The position numbers and the translations under genes were made by a program. This document shows positions 36,562 to 45,502 of a DNA stretch of 64,000 bases, piece after piece. This DNA is from an uncultured Bacteroidales bacterium (GTDB lineage: Bacteria; Bacteroidota; Bacteroidia; Bacteroidales; FEN-979). Within the stretch, counting starts at the first letter, position 1. Each line of letters starts with the position of its first letter. Below the pieces are notes generated by a model, which saw only the letters and a list, made by a program, of their open reading frames with translations, was not told where the DNA came from and made no database searches. The stretch covers positions 13,461 through 77,460 of the forward strand of contig CAIWXI010000156.1 of NCBI GenBank assembly GCA_903916595.1, given 5' to 3'.

Positions 36562-36650
36562 GGAGAGATGCCAGAGCGGTTGAATGGGGCGGTCTCGAAA
36601 ACCGTTGACCCTCGTAAGGGGGTCCCAGGGTTCGAATCCCTGTCTCTCCG
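36562..36650 (+). tRNA. tRNA-Ser (anticodon CGA).
   Basis: Acceptor GGAGAGA/TCTCTCC, anticodon loop CTCGAAA, a long variable arm, and T arm CAGGG-TTCGAAT-CCCTG. Confidence 0.92.
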
Positions 36651-36661
36651 CAAAACCTCAC

Positions 36662-36692
36662 AAAAAACACCGTTCAACGGTGTTTTTTATTT
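36662..36692 (+). terminator. Rho-independent terminator after tRNA-Ser(CGA).
   Basis: ACACCG-TTCAA-CGGTGT followed by TTTTTATTTT. Confidence 0.75.
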
Positions 36693-36790
36693 TGAACAAA
36701 AAGCAAAGTTGTTTGCACTATTTTTTTCATAGCCCGGATAATTTTCACATATATTGATTAATTTAGATCTTGAAATTAAGTGCATGTGTC

Positions 36791-39706
36791 ATGAAATCGA
36801 TACTGCTCATGCTTTTCCTGATCCCGGGATTATTTAACAGATCTGCTTTCTCTCAATGGCAGACGATCAGTTCGGGAACGACAAAAACCTTTGTGAAAGG
36901 ATGTTTTGTCAATGATTCAACCGGCTATGTCATCAGCTCCGACGGGCTTGTCCTGAAAACTGCAGACCTTGGGAATTCCTGGAGCCAGTGCGCTTCATTG
37001 CAGGGAATGTTCACCTCGGTATTTAATGTGGGCACCGATACTGTTTATGCCGGTGGCAGCTGCCTGTACCGCAGTGCCGACAAGGGAGCTACCTGGTCGT
37101 TAATCACTGTTTTCGGCGATACAATTGCAGACCTGGGTTTTTTCGACTCCAAATATGGCTTCGCTTTATTCCCGTATTTTTATACTTGCACCTTCGGTTA
37201 TTCGACAGTTGTTTTTGATGATTTTTCCGTTTATAAGACCAGCGACTATGGATCACATTGGGAACTGGCCTTCGGGCAAAAAGACCGTACCAGCAGGTTC
37301 CAGTTCCTTGATCGCAATACGGCATACATCACAGGCTATGTAAGCGGTACCCAGTACCATTGTGTTCCCATTTACTGGATCGATGGTTCTGCTAAAACGA
37401 TGAATTCAGGGAATTCCTGGTCCTCTTTCAACCAGCCTCCCGGAGGCGGATTTCTCTTTTCTTTCATAAACCCTGATACGGGATTCTTTGTTAAAGCTGC
37501 TGCACCCGATTCCTTATACATGACTGCGGATGGCGGAGCGTCTATACAACATACCTACACCGAAATCACCGAACCGGCCCTGAAGCAATGTAAATTCCTC
37601 AGCACGATCGACGGCTACCTGCTGTTTGATCATGAGATCCAGGTGTCGAAATCAGGCGGCTTCGGATGGAAAACCGATTACAGTAATCCGACCACTACTA
37701 TTAATTACATGTTCAGGAGCCCTTCGGATTTCCTGTTTTCAATAGGTGAAAACGGCTTGATTCTGAAAAAGCGATATATCCCAGGCACGCATCCCGACAC
37801 AGTTTACCGGGCAAAATCTGAAGTCGCATTGTTAAGCTTCGGAAACAGGAATGTCAACAGCATCAGGGTAAAATCAACAAGCATAACCAATACTGGTTCC
37901 CGGGCATCTGATTTTAATTTGTATACAAGGGGAAATTACTTGTTAAGCATCGACAGCACGCATTTTGACACAAGTCTTTTGGTTAACCTCATTCCCTTCC
38001 AGGCAAAAAAGATCTATGTGAAATTTCAGCCTCCTTCAGTGCAGTTATTCCTTGACAGCCTGTATGTTAAAACTGAAAACCAGTCCGTCCTGAAGGTGCC
38101 GCTGAACGGAACCGGGGTTATCGGAATATCCGGAATTATTTCACGCGACACCCTGCTTTGTGCCGATACTGTAAGAATTATAGGCAATCTCACCGTAATG
38201 GGAAGTGCCATATTGAGCATTTGCCCAGGGACTTTTATCCAGCTTATGGGAAACTATTCCATTACTGTAAATGGCATCCTCCGGGCCAGCGGAGATTCAT
38301 TGCATAAAATTACTTTCGCGACACAATATCCAGGCCAGGTTTTCCTTGGTCTGATCTTTAATCATGCCGGTTATCAGGATACTTCAGTCATGCAACATTG
38401 TGTTATCACACAAAACGATATAAACCAGTTGACAATTCAACAGGGATACGCTGTAATTGATCATTGTATACTGAGCAATACCTCTTATGCTGCGGTTTAT
38501 TTCTCGGGTTATTCCTCAAAGGGAGCAAGTATTACAAACTGTGAAATTTTTAATACGGGGTATGGGGTGACTGTCTCTGAATGTGATTCCCTGATCCTTG
38601 CGGATAACAACATCCATGATAATGTCAGGCCTGTTTATTGTCACCATGTAAACGGTGCTTTGATAAGTGGAAACAGCATTAACCATAATCTATATGAAGG
38701 GATTGCCCTTTACAGTAACCGCAAAGTTAAAGTAAGTGGAAACAGCATTTTCAGCAATGGAGGGGGAATTCATTTTAAAACAAACGAGTTAGGCTATATG
38801 GATTCTGAAATGAGGATTGAGAATAATGAAATCTTCAATAATACTTACAACAGCTCCGGGGGAGGCTATGACCTGGAGGTCGGAGGAATTACCGGGGAAG
38901 TCATCAGTTCGCCTACTTACATTATTCAAAACCTGGTATACAATAACACTGTTACAACTTCTCCGGGAGCCGGGATAAACCTTTATGGTTTTGGTGACGG
39001 ATTGCCCGAAGTAAACTTGGTCAGCAATACGATCTGCAATAACAGGTCGGGAACAACTGGCCGCCCTAATGAATTCTATGCCGTGTCTTACCAATGGGGC
39101 ATTAATATGAAGATTTTTAATAACGTCTTTTATAATATTTCAACTGCCGACAGCCTGGTCGGATGGAATTCCCATGTCTTTCCTTCCATGGATTTCAACT
39201 GCATCAGACAGTCGGGAATCCCCGGTAATAACAATATCAACGCTGATCCTTCATTCGTTTCCCCAACAACCCAATCGGGACCCATTCCTTTGCCAACGGC
39301 TCCCGACTGGTCGCCGAAAGCTAATTCCCCATGCATTGACAAAGGGGATACGGCCTATAAAGAATTGCAGCTCCCTCTTGATTTTGCAGGTACTCCAAGG
39401 TTTTACAACGACCGCATCGATATAGGTGCCTATGAATACCAGCATTCTCATGGCATCGGTGAACACGGACCGGTCCCGGAAATCTCCGTCTTCCCGAATC
39501 CCGCCCGGGAATTCATTCATATTAAAGCCGAAACGGATGTTCCATGCGGTTTCAGCTTATGCGATCAGCAGGGGAGGGTCGTTTTACAGCGAAATTTCAG
39601 ACATGCTGTAACCATTTCCACGGCAACCCTTGAGCCCGGCGAATTTGTGTGGGTTGTGAAAATCAATGAAAGGTTGATTCTGACAGGGAAGATCCTTGTT
39701 CGCTGA
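36791..39706 (+). CDS. T9SS-secreted protein: BNR/Asp-box beta-propeller, right-handed parallel beta-helix (PbH1/NosD-like) repeats and a T9SS C-terminal sorting domain.
   Basis: Signal peptide from the ATG at 36791. Asp-boxes (TADLGNSWS, SADKGATWS, TSDYGSHWE). Repeated N.I..N...GI beta-helix motifs. The C-terminus (ISVFPNPAREFIHIK...GKILV) is typical of the Por secretion tail. Confidence 0.8.
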   Translation: MKSILLMLFLIPGLFNRSAFSQWQTISSGTTKTFVKGCFVNDSTGYVISSDGLVLKTADLGNSWSQCASLQGMFTSVFNVGTDTVYAGGSCLYRSADKGATWSLITVFGDTIADLGFFDSKYGFALFPYFYTCTFGYSTVVFDDFSVYKTSDYGSHWELAFGQKDRTSRFQFLDRNTAYITGYVSGTQYHCVPIYWIDGSAKTMNSGNSWSSFNQPPGGGFLFSFINPDTGFFVKAAAPDSLYMTADGGASIQHTYTEITEPALKQCKFLSTIDGYLLFDHEIQVSKSGGFGWKTDYSNPTTTINYMFRSPSDFLFSIGENGLILKKRYIPGTHPDTVYRAKSEVALLSFGNRNVNSIRVKSTSITNTGSRASDFNLYTRGNYLLSIDSTHFDTSLLVNLIPFQAKKIYVKFQPPSVQLFLDSLYVKTENQSVLKVPLNGTGVIGISGIISRDTLLCADTVRIIGNLTVMGSAILSICPGTFIQLMGNYSITVNGILRASGDSLHKITFATQYPGQVFLGLIFNHAGYQDTSVMQHCVITQNDINQLTIQQGYAVIDHCILSNTSYAAVYFSGYSSKGASITNCEIFNTGYGVTVSECDSLILADNNIHDNVRPVYCHHVNGALISGNSINHNLYEGIALYSNRKVKVSGNSIFSNGGGIHFKTNELGYMDSEMRIENNEIFNNTYNSSGGGYDLEVGGITGEVISSPTYIIQNLVYNNTVTTSPGAGINLYGFGDGLPEVNLVSNTICNNRSGTTGRPNEFYAVSYQWGINMKIFNNVFYNISTADSLVGWNSHVFPSMDFNCIRQSGIPGNNNINADPSFVSPTTQSGPIPLPTAPDWSPKANSPCIDKGDTAYKELQLPLDFAGTPRFYNDRIDIGAYEYQHSHGIGEHGPVPEISVFPNPAREFIHIKAETDVPCGFSLCDQQGRVVLQRNFRHAVTISTATLEPGEFVWVVKINERLILTGKILVR

Positions 39707-39845
39707 CCTCCGCAAATGCGGATAGAGTTTCGCCAATACCCAATCAAAAACAATACAAATCCGGATCCGGAGAACAAATGGCAACCTTCTGTTACAATCA
39801 GATTATTTCTTTTATGAGTGTTTGCAAATCAACCTAATTATTGCA

Positions 39846-39853
39846 TAACTTTG
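39846..39853 (+). promoter_or_regulatory. -7 promoter box TAACTTTG. This is the only recognisable promoter upstream of the ARH-like gene and the chemosensory operon.
   Basis: Exact TAnnTTTG match 29 nt upstream of the ATG at 39883. No such box lies between 40512 and 40547, or in any later gap of the operon. Confidence 0.5.
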
Positions 39854-39882
39854 GATCTTTATAAAATATTATACCTGCATTT

Positions 39883-40512
39883 ATGAACACGGCACGTACA
39901 AATAACCGGAAACATATTCAATCCGCTCTTTTTGGGCTGGCAGTTGGTGACGCCCTTGGCGTTCAACAGGAAGCAGAAAGAAATTGTGTGTTAACAGAAA
40001 TTCTGCCACTCTTATCCGAAATTATCGATAAACCACTGAAGGAACGGTTTAAACAGATCCGGCAAATATCGTTTGTTTCTCACGGTCAGATTCATTCTGC
40101 TATAGCCTGTTTCTATTACCTGGAATTTGCAAGGCTCCTTGCTAAGTCACTTGACAAGTTTGAAGTGTACAGCATCTTAAAAAAAGAAATTCCGGCTAAT
40201 ATGAGTATTCTTGGTTTCAATGGTAATGACCTTGATGCCTTCTACAGGCTTCTGGAGGAGGACATATTTCTCCTGCAGAAATATGAAACTGCAAACTGTG
40301 GATCCGTCATCGAAACCCTTGAAGCAAGTATCTGGTGTCTTCTTACAACCGGTAATTACACCTCAGCAGTCCTGAAAGCGGTCAACCTTGGAAAAAATAA
40401 AGAAAAAATCGCTGCAGTTACCGGTGGACTGGCCGGGCTGTTGTACGGTTATAGCCAGATACCGGGAGAATGGGTAGATGAACTGGCCGGGACGAAGCCC
40501 GGGATTGAATGA
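39883..40512 (+). CDS. Degenerate ADP-ribosylglycohydrolase-family protein with an in-frame internal deletion and lost metal-binding motifs.
   Basis: The N-terminal motif SALFGLAVGDALGV and the C-terminal motif VIETLEASIWCLL...AVNLG.....AAVTGGLAGLLYG match the ARH family. The protein is only 209 aa, against about 300 usually. The usual G(D/E)DTDT motif is replaced by GKNKEK, and the SDD(T/S) region is absent. Confidence 0.65.
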   Translation: MNTARTNNRKHIQSALFGLAVGDALGVQQEAERNCVLTEILPLLSEIIDKPLKERFKQIRQISFVSHGQIHSAIACFYYLEFARLLAKSLDKFEVYSILKKEIPANMSILGFNGNDLDAFYRLLEEDIFLLQKYETANCGSVIETLEASIWCLLTTGNYTSAVLKAVNLGKNKEKIAAVTGGLAGLLYGYSQIPGEWVDELAGTKPGIE

Positions 40513-40531
40513 TTGAATGAATGATTGATTG
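40504..40531. repeat. Short octamer-type repeat ATTGAATG ATTGAATG AATG ATTGATTG.
   Basis: Direct reading. It covers the ARH-like stop codon and most of the 34-nt spacer before the PocR kinase ATG. Confidence 0.8.
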
Positions 40532-40546
40532 CTAAAAGAAATAATC

Positions 40547-42964
40547 ATGGACTATAAACTGGAAGACCTTATAGACGTTCCATTATTACAGAGTTTGCAG
40601 GATAAATTAAATGTAATTTATTCATTTCCATCGGCAATCATTGATAATGATGGTAAAATTCTCACTGCCGTGGCCTGGCAGGATATTTGCACGAAATTTC
40701 ACAGACTGAATTCTGAATGCGTTATAGAATGTGTCAAAAGCGATCAATACATTCTTGACCATATCCATGAAGCCAGTCCGGCAGTAAGTTATCAATGCCC
40801 TCACGGCCTGATCGACAATGCCACCCCGATTGTAATTGATGGTAAACATTTGGGTAATTTTTTTACCGGTCAGTTTTTTCTTGAAGAACCAGATATCGAA
40901 TTCTTTAAAAAACAGGCAAAAAGATTTGATTTTAATGAAACAGATTATTTGGAGGCCGTAAAAAAAGTTCCTGTTTGGACAAAAGAAAAACTTGGCCAAT
41001 ATCTTGATTTTATCAAGGGGTTTATAGAAATCATTGCAAGCCTCGGCCTGAAAAACCTAAAAGAGAAAGAAGCAGAAAAGACCTTGCGGGAGAGCGAGGA
41101 AAAATATTCCATGGCCTTCAACGTATCACCCTACGCTATCGTTATTACGAATATCGAAAATGGAAATTTCATTGAAGTCAATCAGGGTTTTACGTCCATC
41201 ACGGGTTATACTAAAGAAGAGGCTATTAACAGCTCTTCAATCAGCCTTTCATTATGGGTGGATGTGAATGACAGGAACGGAGTGATTTCGGACCTTGGTG
41301 AAGGCAGGGATGTAGTAGGAAAAGAATTCAGGTTCAGAAAAAAAAATGGAGAAATCCTTATTGGTTTATATACTGCCAGTGTTATACAGATAAAGAACAA
41401 ACCATATATTCTTTCCAGTATCAATGATATTACCGATCGCAAGAAGGCTGAATTGGAACTCAGAAAGTTGTCCCGGGCCGTGGAGCAAAGCCCTGTCTCA
41501 ATTGTCATCACCGATCTTGAGGGAAATATTGTGTATGGGAATCCCAAAGTTTGCGAACTTACAGGGTATTCTATCGGGGAACTTGCCGGAAAGAATCCCC
41601 GGATACTTCAGTCGGGTGAAACCCCAAAAGAAACATACAGGGATCTTTGGGACACAATCCGTTCTGGCAATGAATGGAAAGGTGAATTCCATAACAAAAA
41701 GAAAAACGGGGAACTATACTGGGAATCAGTGTCCATCTCTCCGATTATTGATTCTAAGGGAAAAACCACTAATTATCTGGCTGTTAAGGAAGATGTGACG
41801 GAAAGGAAAAACATGGTTACCAGCCTGGAAGCTGCCCTGGTAAAAGCCGAAGCCGGAAACCGCCTGAAAACAGCTTTCATGAATAATATTTCCCATGAAA
41901 TACGTACTCCTTTAAACGGGATACTCGGTTTCAGCAGCTTATTTGCCCTCCACGACATCAGCAGGGAGGAACAGGAGCAGTATTATTCACTGATAAAAAG
42001 AAGCAGTGACCGTCTGCTCAGTACGGTTACAAATTATATGGATATTTCACTCATTGTTTCCGGAACTATGGAAGCAAAAATGAAACGCTTTAATTTACAG
42101 CAATTTCTTCATCAGATACGCGATCAGTTTGATTTGTTGTGCACCGAAAAGAATATTAAAATGCAACTTGAAATCCCCCCTGAATCCGACACTGTCTCAC
42201 TTTATTCTGATCAGGAATTATTGCGGAAGATCATATCCCATCTGCTAGATAACGCGGTGAAATTTACAAGTAAAGGAGGAGTAGGGTTTGGCTACAGGAT
42301 ACTGGCAGGAACACTTGAGTTTTATGTGAAAGATACAGGCATCGGCATCAATAAAGAATCCGGATCGCTGATCTTTGAAACTTTTGTTCAGGAAGAATTA
42401 ACCACTTCCAGGGCGTATGAAGGCAGCGGACTGGGCTTGTCTATTGCCAAAGGATTAGTGCAATTACTTGGAGGTGATATGCGCATAGAGTCTGAAAAGG
42501 GCAGAGGCTCTGCAGTTTTCTTTACTATCCCGTATCAGGAAGTGAATAAAGAAGACCATGTTCCTGAAGCAATTCCTGCCGATGCAAGTGATCAACGCAA
42601 CCCGGTGATTCTGATAGCCGAAGACGATGAATCGACTTTGCTTTTCATTCAGGCTGTTTTCAGGAAAACCCCGGTAAATCTGATAGCTGTAGATAACGGG
42701 ATAGACGCCGTTCAACATTGTCGTGAGCATCCTGAAATTTCACTGGTGATCATGGACATCAAAATGCCTCTGATGGATGGGCTCGAGGCGACCCGGCAGA
42801 TCAAATCATTCAGACGTGATCTTCCAATCATCGCACTTACTGCGTTCGCTATGAGTGGGGATGAAAAAAAGGCCATGGATGCAGGATGCGACGATTATAT
42901 TGCAAAACCTGTTGCGATAGATTTATTATTAAAAAAACTCAAAAAATATGGCCTGAGCCTCTAA
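40547..42964 (+). CDS. Hybrid sensor histidine kinase: PocR ligand-binding domain, 2 PAS, HisKA, HATPase_c, REC.
   Basis: ATG at 40547 (MDYKLEDL). PocR-like motifs C..........YQCPHGL.D...PI...G.HLG..F.GQF. H-box SHEIRTPLNGILGF. G-boxes DTGIGI and GSGLGLSI. Receiver from LIAEDDE to VIMDIKMPLMDG to YIAKP. Confidence 0.88.
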   Translation: MDYKLEDLIDVPLLQSLQDKLNVIYSFPSAIIDNDGKILTAVAWQDICTKFHRLNSECVIECVKSDQYILDHIHEASPAVSYQCPHGLIDNATPIVIDGKHLGNFFTGQFFLEEPDIEFFKKQAKRFDFNETDYLEAVKKVPVWTKEKLGQYLDFIKGFIEIIASLGLKNLKEKEAEKTLRESEEKYSMAFNVSPYAIVITNIENGNFIEVNQGFTSITGYTKEEAINSSSISLSLWVDVNDRNGVISDLGEGRDVVGKEFRFRKKNGEILIGLYTASVIQIKNKPYILSSINDITDRKKAELELRKLSRAVEQSPVSIVITDLEGNIVYGNPKVCELTGYSIGELAGKNPRILQSGETPKETYRDLWDTIRSGNEWKGEFHNKKKNGELYWESVSISPIIDSKGKTTNYLAVKEDVTERKNMVTSLEAALVKAEAGNRLKTAFMNNISHEIRTPLNGILGFSSLFALHDISREEQEQYYSLIKRSSDRLLSTVTNYMDISLIVSGTMEAKMKRFNLQQFLHQIRDQFDLLCTEKNIKMQLEIPPESDTVSLYSDQELLRKIISHLLDNAVKFTSKGGVGFGYRILAGTLEFYVKDTGIGINKESGSLIFETFVQEELTTSRAYEGSGLGLSIAKGLVQLLGGDMRIESEKGRGSAVFFTIPYQEVNKEDHVPEAIPADASDQRNPVILIAEDDESTLLFIQAVFRKTPVNLIAVDNGIDAVQHCREHPEISLVIMDIKMPLMDGLEATRQIKSFRRDLPIIALTAFAMSGDEKKAMDAGCDDYIAKPVAIDLLLKKLKKYGLSL

Positions 42965-42967
42965 CAT

Positions 42968-43462
42968 ATGAACCTCATGCATAGTACAGCAGATTTTTTT
43001 TGTTTCACGATTGAAAACCGTCGATTCGCAATCCCCGTTTCGGTCGTCGATACAGTGATTATGGCTGTGACCGTTTTGCCTGTACCCAATGCTCCTCAGG
43101 TGATCTATGGAGTTTTTGACTTCCATGGAGTGGTTCTGCCCGTGATAAACCTGAGGCAACGGCTGAATCTTCCCGATCAGCCCGTCAGAATCAGCGATGT
43201 ATTTATCGTGGCTGATACGAAAAAAAGGAAACTGGCGCTGGTGGCCGACAGGGCTGTTGGCATAATTACTCCGACGGCAATGGAACTGATTCATGCAACC
43301 GATATTGACCAGGGCTTCGAATCAGATACAATCCTTCATCTGGAGGATGGTATGGTTCTGATCTATGACATTGAAAAATTCTTGTCAGCCCATGATGAGA
43401 TTGAATTGAATCAAGCTTTAGAAAAGCATAACGAAGATAAAACCAAGCCGGATTCTGTATGA
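42968..43462 (+). CDS. cheW: CheW-like coupling protein 1.
   Basis: 164 aa. The CheW fold pattern runs FFCFTIENRRFAIPVSVV ... GVFDFHGVVLPVINLRQRL ... ALVADRAVG. Starts 3 nt after the kinase stop. Confidence 0.85.
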   Translation: MNLMHSTADFFCFTIENRRFAIPVSVVDTVIMAVTVLPVPNAPQVIYGVFDFHGVVLPVINLRQRLNLPDQPVRISDVFIVADTKKRKLALVADRAVGIITPTAMELIHATDIDQGFESDTILHLEDGMVLIYDIEKFLSAHDEIELNQALEKHNEDKTKPDSV

Positions 43463-43971
43463 AAGATGATCAGACCATTCTGGAGGCGAGGGCGAAAAAA
43501 ATACGCGGCCTGGGAAAAAAACAGGAATCACCTGGAGAATCGGCAATGGTTGTGTGCTTTCTCCTGGCCGGAGAATATTATAGTATCGAGAGTATTTATG
43601 TAAGCGAAGTGTTGCGCATGAAGGGCCTCACCCTCATTCCCGGTGCTCCGTCTTTTGTAGTTGGTGTAATGAATAATCGTGGGAAAATCATTCCCGTCAT
43701 TAATCTTAAATTCCTTTTTAACCTTAAAGAAAAAGGACTAATTGAAACGACTACAATCATCGTGTTAAAAAAGGGCGAAATGGAATTTGGCATTGTTGCT
43801 GATGCCATTGAAGGAACCAGGGAAATCTTTTTCAACACCTTAAGCTCCCCGCCGGTTACTATTCAGGGTATAGGCGCTGAGTATATTAAAGGTATCGCTC
43901 AGGATGGACAGATCCTGCTAAACGGGGATCACGTTCTAACGGATAAGACTTTTATTGTCAATCAAAAATAA
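43459..43971 (+). CDS. cheW: CheW-like coupling protein 2.
   Basis: 170 aa. The pattern runs [21 protein letters not shown] ... [19 protein letters not shown] ... [13 protein letters not shown] overlap with cheW-1. Confidence 0.85.
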   Translation: MKDDQTILEARAKKIRGLGKKQESPGESAMVVCFLLAGEYYSIESIYVSEVLRMKGLTLIPGAPSFVVGVMNNRGKIIPVINLKFLFNLKEKGLIETTTIIVLKKGEMEFGIVADAIEGTREIFFNTLSSPPVTIQGIGAEYIKGIAQDGQILLNGDHVLTDKTFIVNQK

Positions 43972-44002
43972 AAAGTTAATTTACGATCTAAAATCAGGAC
44001 CA

Positions 44003-45496
44003 ATGAAATCAACATTCAATCTGAGTACAAGAGCCAGACTGTTTCTGGGGTTTGGTGTTATCATCATTTCAGTCATCATCATTGTGTTGGTGATGCTGAG
44101 GAACATCAGCGAAAGCAATGCGTCTCAGATACTGATGATACGATCTTTTGATATCACGCGATCGCTCACTCAGCTGCGATCAGATGAAAACCGAATCAGG
44201 GCTATGACCCTCGAGATGATCATTTCGAAGGATGTCATAAAAAAAGATACGTTGCAGAAAGCAATCTTTGTGATGGCGGCAGTGGTTGAGAACCGTGTTA
44301 AGGCTCTTGAACAATTGCTCGAAAATTCGCCCTCCGAATTAAACCGGTTCAGGGAGATAGAGAACCTGATGAATCAATACAGGGATAACCGAAAAATCCA
44401 GATTAGTCTGATCCTTCAGGGAAAGTCAGAAGAAGCCATGGTCTTTGCATCCAATGTTCAAAATTCCCTCTACGAGAATATCCGTTCGCGTATCCTGGCC
44501 CTTGAAAAAGATCTCGACACTCACTCGCGTGAAATGGTTACCGGCGACGATGCCTTAGCCCGCACTGAACTCATTACCCTTACCAGTATGGGTGTTGGAA
44601 TGATAATCCTTTCTCTTGTTCTTGTTGGCTGGATGTTACGCATGCTTAGGAAAATCGCAGAAGAGATCAGTACCGGGGTTAATATACTGGGCACTTCGGC
44701 TTCGGAAATCCTTGCAACAGTTACTGAAGTTTCAACAAGTGCTACAGAAACAGCTACCGCGGTCTCGGAAACCACAACAACCATGGAGGAGATCCGTCAG
44801 ACTTCGCTGATGGCAAACCAGAAGGCTCAGTCGGTCCTGGAGAGTGCACAGCGGGCTTCCGATGCGGCCGAAAATGGTAAAGAATCGGTTCAGCAGACTA
44901 TTGACGGGATGAACAAAATCAATCAGCAAATGACGATGATCGCCGACCGGGTAGTGAAGCTTTCCGAACAAAACAGGTCGGTTGGAGAGATCACCTCAAC
45001 CGTGAACGATATTGCTGATCAGTCTAACCTGTTAGCTGTTAATGCTGCTATTGAAGCCGCGAAAGCTGGGGAACAGGGACGTGGTTTTGCCGTGGTTGCA
45101 CTTGAGATCAGGAGTCTGGCAGAACAGTCAAAACAGGCCACGGCCCAGGTCAGGGAGATCCTCAATGAAATACAAAAAGCGGTTGGCCAGGCCGTGCTGG
45201 CTACTGAACAGGGTTCGAAAGCCGTGGAAAATGGCAGCAATCTGGCCCGGCATAGTGGTGAGATGATTGATATTCTCGCCGACACGGTGCGTCAGGCAGC
45301 CCAATCGGTTATTCAAATCTCTGCCACCAGCCAGCAACAGATGAATGGGATGGATCAGATCGTTCCGGCCATGGAAAACATTAAACAGGCCAGTGAACAA
45401 AATGTGACAGGAACCAGACAGACCCAGCTCGCTGCCTATAACCTGAATGAATTAGGCCAGAAACTGAAAGCCATCGTTGAAAAGTTTAACGTATAG
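44003..45496 (+). CDS. Methyl-accepting chemotaxis protein-type transducer: 2 TM, a periplasmic helical sensor of about 170 aa, and a cytoplasmic signalling domain.
   Basis: ATG at 44003 is preferred over the TTG at 43955. TM1 is [19 protein letters not shown] and TM2 is [20 protein letters not shown]. The conserved hairpin tip reads [40 protein letters not shown]. Confidence 0.88.
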   Translation: MKSTFNLSTRARLFLGFGVIIISVIIIVLVMLRNISESNASQILMIRSFDITRSLTQLRSDENRIRAMTLEMIISKDVIKKDTLQKAIFVMAAVVENRVKALEQLLENSPSELNRFREIENLMNQYRDNRKIQISLILQGKSEEAMVFASNVQNSLYENIRSRILALEKDLDTHSREMVTGDDALARTELITLTSMGVGMIILSLVLVGWMLRMLRKIAEEISTGVNILGTSASEILATVTEVSTSATETATAVSETTTTMEEIRQTSLMANQKAQSVLESAQRASDAAENGKESVQQTIDGMNKINQQMTMIADRVVKLSEQNRSVGEITSTVNDIADQSNLLAVNAAIEAAKAGEQGRGFAVVALEIRSLAEQSKQATAQVREILNEIQKAVGQAVLATEQGSKAVENGSNLARHSGEMIDILADTVRQAAQSVIQISATSQQQMNGMDQIVPAMENIKQASEQNVTGTRQTQLAAYNLNELGQKLKAIVEKFNV

Positions 45497-45502
45497 AGCC
45501 AC

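Noticed and set aside
28249-36650. A genomic island integrated at tRNA-His or tRNA-Ser, suggested by tRNA-flanked segments and the odd tRNA-His 3' acceptor strand.
   Set aside because: No integrase, excisionase, transposase or direct repeat of a tRNA 3' end was found by eye. The genes following tRNA-His are housekeeping (smpB, aroQ). It is kept only as a minor explanation within the tRNA-His finding.
39707-39760. Small palindromes after the T9SS cargo gene (TCCGCAAATGCGGA and TCCGGATCCGGA), considered as a terminator.
   Set aside because: The stems are only 5-6 bp with tiny loops, and no T-run follows. This is too weak to call.
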